Assembly (NCBI GenBank): GCA_012295275.1
Contig: CM022671.1
Location: 24,118,001 to 24,182,000, forward strand
Length of the DNA stretch: 64,000 nucleotides
From: Chrysomallon squamiferum
Taxonomy: Eukaryota > Animalia > Mollusca
Direction: 5' to 3'
The notes under the pieces: model-generated
Seen by the model: the letters and a program-made list of their open reading frames with translations, nothing else
Databases searched by the model: none
What the model was told of the DNA's origin: nothing
Program-made: the position numbers and the translations under genes
In this document: positions 12,322 to 29,101 of the stretch, one piece after another
Position numbering within the stretch: the stretch's first letter is position 1
Layout of the letters: the number at the start of each line of letters is the position of its first letter

Positions 12322-15300
12322 AGTTCTTGCGAAAATGGTTCGCAGCGACAGAAATCTATCTATAAAATAGGAACAAAAATAAATAGTTACTAAAAGCCTG
12401 TTTTGTCTTTATTTGTTGATTTGACCATCTATTTAAATTTTCATTTATTCTCCTGGGAATGTATTATCATATATATATATATATATATAATTATAAATTA
12501 TGAAGAGAGTTGTTTGACTGACCTTTTTAGTTGGAGGGCTTACTGTGTATGGAAACATTTAGTTGTTTAATGGATGGTTGATTTCTGTCACAAACGACAT
12601 GTCACAGAAAAATAAAAATAAAAAATCGAGAAATACTGATTTAATTACATTTAGGGTAGAAGTTGAACAGGTATCAAAATACCCCGTACCTAACAATCAA
12701 AGATGAAGTGACACAGTCGGTCACTTGGTACTCTTTTAGCTTCCATTTAAAGCATCTCTTCCCGTCTCAGAAGCTAATAAACAGAGCTGTTTGTTTGTTC
12801 ATTTTTATTTCTGTTTTCATAATGTCTTTAGTGTTTAATTATCATAATTATTATTAGTGCTATAAATACAGATATTTGATTTATACTCATTAATAATTAT
12901 TGTACCTTTAGTCATTTCAAAACAAACTAGAATTCACTGAGTTGTCTGATGCTGAAAATTGATATTCTTATCCAAAATATTCTGTTTCCTCTTCTTTTTT
13001 CTCTCTTGTCATTTCAAAGCTCTTTAGGCGATGAAAGTAAAACTGTTCGCAGTGTTCTGATGTTCAGAGTATTTGTAATTTTCGTATTCGTACAATATAT
13101 TCTGCGAAAGGAGCCAGAATTTGTGGAAGGTGGATGTGAGATCGCTGGTGTTCATTGGTCGTGGATGACGTTTTTCAACATAAAATTATAAACTGGAAAT
13201 ACCCTTTACGTTTAGTTTTGTACGTTGTAAATTTTAATTATTGTGTTTATTTGTTTTATTTTATTTTTTATGTTTCAAAATCATTTTAGGAAATTGTTGT
13301 TTTCTTTACTGAATAGGTGTTACTCTTACTTCTTTTTCCTGTATAACAATCGAATTCTAAGTTTAGCATTAAGACATTTTCAATATAGTTTGTTTATATA
13401 AATAGCAGAGTTGCAGATCCAAGTTTATTTACTTATTTCTGTCTTGTTAGAGAAATCTGTAGTAAATGGATTTATCTCAATATAATAAGAGTTTGATATC
13501 TATATATTAGAAAAAAATATTGTGCGTTATTAAAGCGGAAAAAAGTAACAAACGGTAACAAAACATTTATCTCTCTCGGTTTTTCTCTCTCTGTTTCTTT
13601 TAGTGCAATTTATTTCACAATTTTTCATTTCATTTTCCGTCTTCTTTAGTTTCTTTCTCTTTCTCTATTAGTTTTTCATTCTGGATCTCTGACTTCACTG
13701 TGCTTTATTCTTTGTCTGTCTTTCTCAATCTCTATTTCTTTCTTTTTGTCCTTTTTCACTCTATGTGATGTTGCTTGTTTTTACATCTATTTCGCTGTTT
13801 CTCGTAGCTATTTAGTATTCTGACTCCTACAAAACGATATCTGATATATATATAAAAACAAAAAATTTCCTAAATCTTTAAATATGTGAAATGAAGAAGA
13901 ACGTGACCGTTATTTCTACTGAAGAAATCACAGGACGACCTTGCAGAGAACTGACTGACTTGAATAAATAATATACATTCTATTCAGTTTTATGAACAAT
14001 GCCTGCATTTTATTACTTCATCTATATTTTTTGTGTGTATTCATGTTATATGTATGTATGCACGTATATATGTCATATGTGTATGTGCGTAGATATGTTT
14101 GTATGTACGTTTGTATGCATGTGTGTTAGGATGTACGTATTTTTCTTTTATGTACCATTTTATTTTGAATGCTTCCTTATATACAAGTGTGGGTGCGTGT
14201 CTGTGTGTGTGTGTATGTATATATATAATTTAAATATGTTATACAGATAAAAAAATTATATATATGTTTATAAATGTCTGGAGGCTGCTGCCGTTAACAG
14301 TGACACGAGGAACAGGATTAGTTTTCTGTTTTTTTTATTATCAATAATCACTCTTAACTTTCACAGTAAGAAAAGTGTGTACAATCTATATTTATATACA
14401 CACGTGAATACATAACAATGACAATTTTCGTGTGTCAGATGACAGAACAAAGGACAGAAAAAGCAGGAATAAAAAAGAAAAAGAAAAGGTGAACTAAAGT
14501 AATGTGTACACAACTGATAAACAAGAGGCTCTTACAGTCTGGTATCCGATACATATATAAAATACCTGCAATTAATAAATACAACACACAACAAATATCA
14601 GTAAGAGCAATTAGTCACAGTAATTTGTTTAGTCTAGTATTTCATCAGGTCATTTAAAAACCGTCAGAAGTAGTTGAAACAGGTGCCTGATCACAATGAA
14701 TAATGCCAAAAACGAAAGACACCCCTCCCCCCAGAAAAAAAAAACGATTAATAATATCTCATGTCAAAATGTAATAATTTATAATCTATTAAATTTCTAT
14801 AACGTAACAAATGCCAGTTCCAACCGCATGCTCGTTAACTACATTTCATTTAATATTAAATTGTCTATGTAATCGTTTCTCACTTTTTATATCAATATTT
14901 CCAACAGACTTATGCATACATACAGAAACATAAAGATACATCACACACATACACACACAGACTCGCACATTTGATCATCAACAGGAGATGAGATCTTCAT
15001 TCTTTTCACTTCGTACACATTTTAAATTAAACTATCTGAATCCGTTTGTCATTTGTATTGTTTATTCATGCGTGCAAAATATATATGCTATAATTAATAA
15101 TGTAATGAGTTTTGTTGTAACAACTCTCTCGATTCCATCCTGTCACGCGTTAGCTTTATTTCACTGTAAATTGAACTATTTGAAACCGATTGTAAATTCT
15201 TGTTTTGTTTTTTAAAATTTAATAACTGACCTACAGATCAATGTTTCTTGTGTATAAGACAAACACACGCAGACACACCTTCTATGAATAAGGCATGAAG

Positions 15301-15909
15301 AACAGCGTCAAAGGAAATTAAATAAAAGCAATCTTTATTTTTTCTTTCGTCATGCTGTTATACCAGTGCATAAATAATATTAATAATGCGTTAACCTGGG
15401 TAATAAATCTATATATGTATGTATCGATGTATATGTTTTAATGTATGTAGTATGTATACATGTATGTTTCTATTTATGTATGTATGTAAATATCTATGTG
15501 CCTGTTTTGTTGTGTGTCTGTGTGTGTGTGCGTATTTGGATTGTAATGTAGATTAGCATGATAATATAAATCATCGATTTTCATTGTGTGTAGTTGTCAA
15601 GGTTGAAGAATCTAAACTGTTATCACCGGCTAGGGCATGAAGACATCTTGATGCATGATTTCAGGAATTAGTAAATAAAACTTAGATATTAATTTATTCT
15701 TATCATAGTTCCGACATCCACTAGATAAACAACAACAAAGAGTTCAGCTTTACTTATTTATTAATTGCTTCACAATCACATTTGTAATTATACAAACATA
15801 AATATAAGACTACTAAATTATCTAATTTACCGAACTGTTGACAATGGGATGGGTCGGTGGAGAATCACATAATAATAATGTTGATATAAATTTTAAGTTC
15901 TTCTGTAAG

Positions 15910-17170
15910 TAATATTTTGTAATTATGCAAAAGAAAATATAGCTATATTATCTTGACAAAAGTTAAAAAGGGTATGGACACATATTAAACAAAAACGCCG
16001 TTAAACAAACTGATATATTAAACAAATACTACATCAAAACAGATATGAAAAATATCTTATAAAATTCTATTACAAACAGTTTATCACAGCACGACTTAAG
16101 TTTCAGTGATTCTGCCCGGTGACCACTATGTGCGTGAAAAGGGAACCACAACAGACAAGATTGAGACTGAGTTTCTTTCTCAAAATGAAACTGACGATAA
16201 CTTGACAGTGAATTAACCTAACTCAAAAATATGAAAGGTGTCTTTAAAGTTAATGTTCATATAATAGGTTGTGCTATATATATGTATATATATATATATA
16301 ACAAATATGCTGTTAATGAAACCTACCATATTGAAAAATTACGGCAGAAAACAAATGTATATAATTATGCAAAAGCAACTACAGCTGTATTATCTACAAA
16401 GCAGTTAAAAACGGGATTGATAAAGGGAGAATCAAGTTAATAATGTTCATATAAATTTCAAATACGTTTTGTATATATATTAAACAAATACTACATCAGA
16501 ACAGATATATGATAAGTATCATGTCAAATTCTGCTATAAATAATTTATCATAGCACGACTCAAGTTTCAGTGATTGTGCCCGGTGACCTCTATCCGCGTG
16601 AAAAGGGAACCACTATAGACAAGTTTGAGTTTGAGTTTCTTTCTGAACATGAAACTGACCATAACTTGACAGTGAATGAACGTAACTCAAAAGATATGAA
16701 AGGGTCTTTAAAGTTAATGTTCATATAATAAGTTGTGTATATATATATATATATATATATATAATAAACCAATATACTGTTAATGAAACCTACCATATTG
16801 AAAAATTACCGCACAAAACATGTAATTATGTAAAAACATCTACAGCAGTATTATCTACACAGCAGTTAAAAACGAGACGAATCAAGGGAGAATCACTGTA
16901 ATAATATTTATATAAAATTCATATATATATATATTCAACAAACACTACATCAAAACAGATATGAAAAGTATCATATCAAATTGTGCTACAAACATTTTAT
17001 CATAGCACGACTCAAGTTTTAGTGATTGTTCCCGGTGATCTCTGTGCGCGTGAAAAGGGAACCTCCAGAGAAAAGACTGAGTTTGAGTTTCTTTCTCAAA
17101 ATGAAACTGAGGATAACATGACCATGAAATAACTTAACTCAGAAATATGAAAGCTGTCTCTAAAGTTCGT
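15910..17170. repeat. ~460-bp sub-repeat, 3 copies (also 3 copies at ~22490-23745)
   Basis: Core at 16115, 16579, 17031 and at 22688, 23156, 23607. Confidence 0.85.
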
Positions 17171-17575
17171 CGTTGATCATTTTCGCGTAAAAGGATATTA
17201 CGAATTGTTAATCAGAACTCTCATTATTTACTTACAGGCAATTTATTTACCTACTGTAATTATTAATACATTGCTTTTTTAGCAGTTGTCGTTGCAATAT
17301 ATTTTCTGTTTTTTATTAATAGAGAGTATATAATCTGAAGATTATATAGTATATAAAAATTATTACATTAATATACTTCATTATCTGTAGTTATTATAGA
17401 AAAAAAAAGAAATGTACCTACAGTTTCGTCGATATCTGGGTTTCCTGCTAAAGTCGAAATATTGTTTACTCGCTAGAGCAATAACAGTAGTTTATCATCG
17501 TTAGTGAAATTTCTTATTATCATGTTTGTTACACATGATGTTTCTTATTCATAAGATTTTCTGGACGAAGCATCC

Positions 17576-19061
17576 TCAGCACATATCAGATCCATAGTAA
17601 TTCCACTCATCAGTGTTTTCCTTCGTATCATTAAATAAAGGGTTAATTAGAAGCTCGCATTCTTCTGTGTTCAGATTGAAATTGAATGCTAAACATCCCG
17701 ATTTCTTCAGACAATAAAAACTGCACTGAGAAGGAAATTTCGTAGAAGTGTGAATCTCAGAATTCTTAGTCAGCACTCGAGATGCTGTAGTACGTTTAAA
17801 GGTTAGAGGCGAGTCACATCCTGAAATAAATAGAACAAATATTAAAAAAAATACAAAAGTGGTTGATTCTATAACGTTACCACTGCTACTGCTGCCAGTA
17901 CTCGTATTATATTGCTACTACTACTTGTACTACTAGTACTAGTATTCTAATAATAATTAAAGTAAAGCAGTCGAAGAAGAAGACGAAAAAGAGGAATAAG
18001 AACAAGTAGAAGAAAAAGAAGAAGACGAAGGAAAAAAAGAAGAAGAAATAATGTCATCTTCCACTTTTATTACATTTACTACAACTCCAAATTTTAATAC
18101 TATTTCTATTAATATTGTCTCTAGTGTTACCACTTTTGTAACCAATACTACTACTGTCACTACTATTATTAAAGCGAATATGTTATATATACACACCTGT
18201 TTGAATTTCACCATAGACCTTTACTTCGCACAGTGTTAGCACATCATTGCCATCAATGAGCTTCCATTTACTGATACGAACGAAACGACCTGGTACATTA
18301 CGGCTACAGTTAAATCTTCTGGTCTCAGCTTTGCCGAGGCTGGGTCCCGTGTAGTTGAAACACACTTCAGAAACTGCAGTAGGACAGCGTTGTGGGTTTT
18401 GTAAAAATATTTCAATAACAAAACTGTGAAGTCTCTCCCCTATAATAAGATACAGAAAAACAGGAACACGTTAACTGAATACTACTACTACTACTACTAA
18501 TAATAATATGGATTTGTTTTGATAAGTGTAAATAATATCTCCAACATAAGTCAAAAGTTGATGAAATAATTTTTCCTCTATTAGACTTAATCTGTTAGAA
18601 AAAACAAAAACTAGTCCCAGGATTAATGCTGAAAGTTATTCGTAAAAGGTTTGTATGCTTTCATAGACATTCAATTGTTTCGTTTATTAATTCATTCATC
18701 TGTTATATACCGAAGACTATATATATGATAAAAACTTGAAAAGATATTAAAGGTTATCTTCTTACAGACTGCATCTCCTCTGTTGGTTATTTCAACAGCA
18801 GTGATTAGAAAATTTGACTGTAGGTCAACCATCCACCAAGGTGTCATGTCCTTGACCTGAGTGTGAGTGCATTTGTCATGAACTAGATGTGTCTTCGTGT
18901 TTCCGTCAACAGCATACTGGGAATAGAAGTTAGAAAAATCGCTGCTTTGAATAGAAGGTTTCCTCAAGGCAAGGTTCTGAACTACCTCGCCTGAAAGATA
19001 AAAATATATGATACCTAGAGTTTACGAAATATATTAAAAATTAAGGAAGGAAGGAGAGAGA

Positions 19062-19151
<90 letters not shown>

Positions 19152-19276
19152 ACTATTTCTTAGAAAACTGTTGCAGAGAAATGTGAAAGTAATATTTTTA
19201 TAAACTTACCAACAATAACCGTAGTCATTGTGAAGAAAAATATTCCACAGATACTAAAAGATCTGGAATGTTTCAT
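17576..19276 (-). CDS. A3: secreted F-type lectin-PAN/apple protein, 259 aa. Exons 19210-19276, 18766-18990, 18197-18439, 17576-17820
   Basis: Same exon sizes as A2, open frames, GT donors. Motif CTHT..RGDAVWER; PAN exon ends WNYYGSDMC*. Confidence 0.9.
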
Positions 19277-22200
19277 AGTTCTTGCGAAAATGATTCGCAG
19301 CGACAGAAACCTATCTATAAAATAACAACAACAAAAAAAACAGTTACTAAAAGCATGTTTGGTCTTTATTTGTTGATTTGACGATCGATTTAAATTTTCA
19401 TTTATTCTTCTGGGAATGTATTATCATATATTTATAAATAATTATAAATTATGAAGAAAGTTGTTTGACTTACTTTTTTAGTCGGAAGGCTTACTGTTTA
19501 TAAAAACATTTAGTTACTTAATGGCTGGTTGGTTTCTGTCACAAACGACATGTCACAGAAAAATAAAAATAAGAAATCGAGAAATACTGATTTAATAATA
19601 TTTAGGGTAGAACCTGAACAGGTATCAAAATAACCCGTACCTAACAATCAAAGATGAAATAACACAGCCGGTCACTTGGTACTCTTTTAGGTTCCATTTA
19701 GAACATGTCTTCCCGTCTCAGAAGCTAATAAACAGAGATGTGAGTTTGTTCATTCATTTTTCTGTTTTCGTCATGACTTTAGTGTTTAATTATTATAATT
19801 ATTATTAATACTAAAAATACAGATATTTGATTTATACTCGTTACTAATTATTGTACCTTTAGTCATTTCAAAACAGACTAGAATTCACTGAGTTCTCTGA
19901 TGCTGAAAATTGATATTCTTATCCAAAATATTCTTTTTCCTCTTCTTCTTTCTTTCTTGTTATTTCAAAGCTCATTAGGGGATGAAAGTAAAACGGTTCT
20001 CAGTGTTCTGATATTCAGAGTATTTCTAATTTTGGTATTTGTACAATATATTCTGCGAAAGGAGCCAGAATTTGTGGAAGGCGGATGTAACATCACTGGT
20101 GTTCATTGGTCGTGGATGACATTTTTATACGTAAAATTTGAAACTGGAAATACCCTTTACGTTTAGTTTTGTGCCTGGTAAACTTTAATTATTATGTTGT
20201 TTTATTTTCTTTTTTATGTTTCAAATTCGTTTAATCAGTTTTTTTTTTTTTATTGAATAGGTGTTTCTCTTACTTCTTTTTCCTCTATAACAATCGAATT
20301 CTAAGTTTAACATTAACACATTTTCAATATAATTTGTTTATATAAATATCAGAGATTTGGATCCAAGTTTATTTACTTATTTATGCCTTGTTAGAGAAAT
20401 CTGTAGTAAATGGATTTATCTCAGTGTAATAAGCGTTTGATATCTGTATATTAGAAATAATTATTGTGCGTTATTAAAAGAGGAAAAATAATTAACAAAT
20501 GGTATCGAAACATTTATCTCTCTCATTTTTTTCCCATTCTCTTTCTTTAGTGCATTTTATTTCACAATTTTTAATTTCATTGTCCGTCTTCTTTAATGGC
20601 TATCTCTTTCTCTCTCTGTTTCTCATTCTGGATCTCTGACTTCACTCTGCTTTATTCTTTGTCTGTCTTTCTGAATCTCTATTTCTTTTGTTTTCTCCTT
20701 TTTCACTTGGTTATTTTTACATCTATTTCGATGTTTTTCGTATTTATTTACAATTGTGACGTCTACAAACCGATATTTAAAACGTACATATATAAAGAAA
20801 ACATTCATAAATCTTTGAATATGTGAAATGAAGAAGAACCGGACCGTTATTTCTACTGAACAAATGACAGGACGACCTTGCAGAGAACTGATACACTTGA
20901 ATAAATAATATACATTCTATTTAATTTTATGAACAATGCCTGTATTTTATTACTTCATCTATACTTTATGTGTTTGTTCATGTTATCTGTATGTATGTAC
21001 GTATAACTGTCTATGTTTATGTATACATATGTCTATGTACGTAGATATATATGTATGTATGTTTGTATGCATGTGTGTTAGGATGTACGTATTTTTCTTT
21101 TATGTACCTTTTTATTTTGAATGCTTCCTTATGTACATGTTTCTGTGTTTGCATGTGCGTGAATGCGTTATGAATATAATTTTAAAGTGTGGGTGCGTGT
21201 CTGTGTGTGTGTGTGTATGTATATATATAATTGAAATATATTATACATATAAAAAAATTAAATATATATATATATATCACAATGAATAATGCCAAAACTG
21301 AAACAAACAGAAAAAACGATTAATAATATCTAATGTCAAAATGTAATAATTTATAATCTATTAAATTTCTATAACGTAACAAATCTGCCAATTCCAACCG
21401 CATGCTCGTTAACTACATTTCATTTAAAATTAAATTGTCTATGTAAAAGTTTGTCACTTTTTATATCAATATTTGCAACAGACTTATGCATAGATACAGA
21501 AATTTAAACATACATACACACAGACACATAGACTCACACATTTTATCATCAACAGCAGATAAGATCTTCATTCTTTTCACTTCGTACACATTTTAAATTA
21601 AACTATCTGAATCCGTTTGTCATTTGTATTGTTTATTCATGCGTGCAAAATTTATATGCTATAATTAATAATGTAATGAGTTTTGTTGTAACAACTCTCT
21701 CGATTCCATCCTGTCACGCGTTAGCTTTATTTCACTGTAAATTGAACTATTTGAAACCGATTGTAAATTCTTGTTTCGTTTTTTAAAATTTAATAACTAA
21801 CCTACAGATCAATGTTTCTTGTGTATAAGACAAACACACGCAGACACACCTTCTATGAATAAGGCATGAAGAACAGCGTCAAAGGAAATTAAATAAAAGC
21901 AATCTTTATTTTTTCTTTCGTCATGCTGTTATACCAATGCATAAATCATTAATAATGCGTTAAACTGGGTAAGAAATCTATATATGTATGTATCGATGTA
22001 TATGTTTTAATGTATGTAGTATGTATACATGTATGTTTCTATTTATGTATGTATGTAAATATCTATGTGCCTGTTTTGTTGTGTGTCTGTGTGTGTGTGT
22101 GTGTGTATTTGGATTGTAATGTAGATTAGCATGATAATATAAATCATCTATTTTCATTGTGTGTAGTTGTCAAGGTTGAAGAATCTAAACTGTTATCACC

Positions 22201-24151
22201 GTCTAGGGCATGAAGTCATCTTGATGCATGATTTCAGGAATTAGTAAATAAAACTTAGATATTAATTTATTCTTATGATACTTCCGATATCCACTAGATA
22301 AACAACAACAAAGAGTTCAGCTTTACTTATTTATTAATTGCTTCACAATCACATTTGTAATTATACAAACATAAATATAAGACTACTAAATTATCTAAGT
22401 TACCGAACTGTTAACAATGTGATGTGTCGGTGGAGAATCACATAATAATAATGTTGATATAAACTTTAAGTTCTTCTGTAAGTAATATTTTGTAATTATG
22501 CAAAAGAAACTATAGCTATATTATCTTGACAAAAGTTAAAAAGGGTATGGACACATATTAAACAAAAACGTCGTTAAACAAACTGATATATTAAACAAAT
22601 ACTACATCAAAACAGATATGAAAAGTATCTTATAAAATTCTATTACAAACAGTTTATCACAGCACGACTTAAGTTTCAGTGATTGTGCCCGGTGACCACT
22701 ATGTGCGTGAAAAGGGAACCACAACAGACAAGATTGAGACTGAGTTTCTTTCTCAAAATGAAACTGACGATAACTTGACAGTGAATTAACCTAACTCAAA
22801 AATATGAAAGGTGTCTTTAAAGTTAATGTTCATATAATAGGTTGTGCTATATATATGTATATATATATATATATATAACAAATATGCTGTTAATGAAACC
22901 TACCATATTGAAAAATTACGGCACAAAACAAATGTATATAATTATGCAAAAGCAACTACAGCTGTATTATCTACAAAGCAGTTAAAAACGGGATTGATAA
23001 AGGGAGAATCAAGTTAATAATGTTCATATAAATTTCAAATACGTTTTGTATATATATTAAACAAATACTACATCAGAACAGATATATGATAAGTATCATG
23101 TCAAATTCTGCTATAAATAATTTATCATAGCACGACTCAAGTTTCAGTGATTGTGCCCGGTGACCTCTATCCGCGTGAAAAGGGAACCACTATAGACAAG
23201 TTTGAGTTTGAGTTTCTTTCTGAACATGAAACTGACGATAACTTGACAGTGAATGAACGTAACTCAAAAGATATGAAAGGGTCTTTAAAGTTAATGTTCA
23301 TATAATAAGTTGTGTTATGTATATATATATATAATAAACCAATATACTGTTAATGAAACCTACCATATTGAAAAATTACCGCACAAAACATGTAATTATG
23401 TAAAAACATTTACAGCAGTATTATCTACACAGCAGTTAAAAACGAGACGAATCAAGGGAGAATCACTGTAATAATATTTATATAAAATTCATATATATAT
23501 ATATATATATTCAACAAACACTACATCAAAACAGATATGAAAAGTATCATATCAAATTGTGCTACAAACACTTTATCATAGCACGACTCAAGTTTTAGTG
23601 ATTGTTCCCGGTGATCTCTGTGCGCGTGAAAAGGGAACCTCCAGAGAAAAGACTGAGTTTGAGTTTCTTTCTCAAAATGAAACTGACGATAACATGACCA
23701 TGAAATAACTTAACTCAGAAATATGAAAGCTGTCTCTAAAGTTCGTCGTTGATCATTTTCGCGTTAAAGGATATTACGAATTGTTAATCAGAACTCTCAT
23801 TATTTACTTACAGGCAATTTATTTACCTACTGTAATTATTAATACATTGCTTTTTTAGCAGTTGTCGTTGCAATATATTTTCTGTTTTTTATTAATAGAG
23901 AGTATATAATCTGAAGATTATATAGTATATAAAAATTATTACATTAATATACTTCATTATCTGTAGTTATTATAGAAAAAAAAAGAAATGTACCTACAGT
24001 TTCGTCGATATCTGGGTTTCCTGCTAAAGTCGAAATATTGTTTACTCGCTAGAGCAATAACAGTAGTTTATCATCGTTAGTGAAATTTCTTATTATCATA
24101 TTTATTACACATGATGTTTCTTATTCATTAGGTTTTCTGGACGAAGGATCC

Positions 24152-25765
<1,614 letters not shown>

Positions 25766-27788
25766 AGTTCTTGTGAAAATGGTTTAGTCTTCGGAACAAC
25801 AGAAATCTATCTGTAAAACAGCAACAGTAAATAATAATTACTAAGTGCCTGTTTTGTCTTTATTTGTTGATCTAGTCGTCTATATAATTTTTCATTTATA
25901 CTCATGGGAAGGTATTATCATAAAATAATAATATTGCCTTTAGCAAATATCTTTTCCAGTTGAATTATAAATTATGAAGAGAGTTGTTTGACTTACTTTT
26001 TTCGTTGGAGGGCTTACTGTATTTGGAAATAATTAGGTATTTAATAGTTGGTTAGTTTCTGTTACAATACGACAGAAAAATTGAAATAAGGAATCGAGGA
26101 ATACTGATTTAATAACATTTAGGGTAGAAGATGAACAGGTATCAAAATACCCTGTACCTAACAATGAAAGATGAAATGACACAGTCGGTCACTTGGTACT
26201 GTTTTAGCTTCCATTTAAAACATCTCTTCCAGTCTCAAAAGCTAATAAACAGAGCTGTTAGTTTCCTCATCCATTTTTCTGTTTTCATCGTTTAATTATT
26301 ATTATTATTTATAAAAATATAGATACTTGATTTATACTCATTATTATCTATTATAACTTTAATCGTTTCACAACACACTAGAATTCACTGAGTTGTGTGA
26401 TACTTAAAATTGATATTCTTATCCAAGATATTCTTTTTCCTCTTCTTCTTTCTTTCTTTCTTATTATTTCAAAGCTCATTAGGCTATGAAAGTAAAACTG
26501 TTTTCAGTGTTCTGATATTCAGAGTATTTGTAATTTTCGTATTTGTACAATATGAGAGGATCCAGAATTTCTGGAAGGTGGAGGTAATATCACTGTTGTT
26601 CAATGGTGGTGGATGAATTTTTTCAATATAAATTTTAATTTGGAAATACCTTTTATGTTTAATGAAATTTATTCAGTGGTTTTGTGCCTGGTAAGCTTTA
26701 ATTACTGAATAATTTTAAAAAATGTTTTTTATGTTTTGATATTATTTTAGCAAATTATTTTCTTTTTTGCATACGTATTTTTTTGCCTGTCAAATAAAGA
26801 ATCGAATTCTAAATTTAACGTCAGTACATCTTCGTTATAGTTTTTTTTAAATATAAGTATGAGATGTACCATAAGATTTATATACTTATTTCTGTCTCGA
26901 TACAGAAATCTGTAGTAAATGTATTTGTCTCGTTGTGATAAGTTTTAGATATCTCTATATAAGATTTTATTACTGTGCGTTATTAAAAAAAAAAAAAAAA
27001 AAAAGTAAAACAAATAATAGACGGTAACAATGCATTTATTTCTCTCTTTTATTCCCTCGCTGTTTCTTTTACTTTTTCTCCGTGTTCTTTCATTTCTTTC
27101 CCTTTCTCTATCTCTCTCCCTCAAACCTCACCCCAAAAAAACAGAGAAAAGCTATACCTTTAAATGTGTGACGTGAACAAGAACGTGACCGTTATTTCTT
27201 CAGTTCAAATGGCCATAGAACCTTTCACAGATTTGACACACTTGAAAAAATAATATACATTCTGTTTAATTTTATGAACAATGCCTTTAGTTTAGCTCTT
27301 CATCTACGTTATATATATGCATTCATGTTATGTACGTATTATATATATGCATGTATGTATCTGTGATTATATATATATTTAGAAACCTTTAGAAATAGTT
27401 TAATCATTTGCCTGATCAGAACGTATAATGCAAAAAAAAAAAAAAAAAAAAAAAAAAAATAACAACATTTAATAATATCTAATATCAAAATTTTATCATT
27501 TATATTCTATTACATTTCCATGATGTAATGATATTTACTGTAACAAATCTGCTGATTCGAAGCACAAGCTCGTTAACTACATTTCATTTAAAATTAAATT
27601 GTCTGTAATCGTTTGTCAGTTTTCATATCAATATTCCTAACAGATTTGCACGTACACAGACACACATACACAGAGACACATACACATATACAGACACACA
27701 CATTATCATCAAGAGGAGATAACATCTTCTTTTTACTTCATACATGTAAGACAAAAACTTGAAAAGATATTAAACGTTATTTTCTAAC

Positions 27789-28013
27789 AGAACGAATCCC
27801 TTCTGTTGGTTATTTCAACAGCAGTGATTAGAAAACGTGACTGTAGATCAACCATCCGCCACGGTGTCATGTCGTTGAGGTCAGAGTGACTGCATTTGTC
27901 AACAAAGAGATTTGTTGTCACGCTTTCGTCAACAGTATACTCGGAATAGAAGTCTTCAAAGACGTTGCTTAGAATAGCTGGTTTCATCAAGGCAATATTC
28001 TGATCTGCCTCGC
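27789..28013 (-). pseudogene. A5: orphan F-type lectin exon 2 (exons 3-4 deleted, no recognisable exon 1)
   Basis: Full 225-nt open exon with intact AG and GT: GEADQNIALMKP..CSHSD..PWRMVDL..NRRDSF. About 40 bp into its intron (near 27746) the sequence jumps into A-type spacer. A-type upstream sequence is recognisable at ~28430-28620. Confidence 0.8.
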
Positions 28014-29101
28014 CTGAAAGATGAAAATGTGCCGACTCTTGGAGTTCGCGAAATAGATGTAGCTTCAAGTTATTGTATTGAGCTGCTGTAGCAGAATGTT
28101 GGATTAAATGACTGAATGTTTATAATATTAATAAAATTATGAAGAAAGGCATGAAAACCACTGACAAATTACTTCTAAATAAGGCAGCTGCGTGATCAAA
28201 ACCATAAGCAATAAATAAATTAGTTTTATATATTGTCTTTGGCTTAATACTCTCAAGCAAATTTAGCTCAAAACAGATCAACCTATATTAAAGTATTAAG
28301 GAGAGAGAGATAAATAATCATAATCTTTGTTAATCTGAGTATTTATCATCGTAAAATAATGAAATATGAAACATCGAAGCAAATATCTTTCGTTGGCTCA
28401 TTTGTAACGTGTCAAAAAGTTAACGCAAATTACTTTTTGCCTTTATTTATTGATCTAGACATCTGTTTTATTAAGTTATTTTTTATTGCACTCTTCAGAG
28501 TATAGATCATCATAAAATAATAAAATTAATTGATTAAAAATACCTTAATCAATCCTTGACAGTAATGATAAAAAAAATATATTGTGTGACTTATCTTTTT
28601 AGCTGGAGAAGTTACTATATTGGGATACATTCTTTTTATTTCGTCAAAGATTTAAGTAGAAAAGAATCTGTTATTGTTTATAAAAAATGTAAAATTATAG
28701 TAAATTGTTTTATCTGTTGTTAATTGGTAAATGCAATTACAACAGATATTATTGATGTTAATGTCACTCCATGCTGGCAATTTCTAAATGATTAAGATTA
28801 ACGAAGCTTAATGGATCTCGGATGACTAATGAATAAGTTATTTTCGATCTATAGACCGAGTGAAAAAGAAACAAAGAACGATAATAAATACGAAAGAAAG
28901 AAAGAAAGATATAATATCGATTTTGAATTGTGGTGGAGATGCCTTTGATTTTTGAATAAGGACAAACAAAACACCAATCAATTTTCTTTCTTTTCTTTTA
29001 TTCACCGAAATTAATATTGTTTTATTCTCTCATATTTTAGATTCAATCTGCAACAGCGTAAGATTTCCCCAAACAGAATAAAGTAAAGTCTGGTTGCAGT
29101 T

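Noticed and set aside
18775-18790. RGD as an integrin-binding motif
   Set aside because: It is the RXD of the F-type lectin sugar-binding motif, and nothing in the sequence supports an integrin role.
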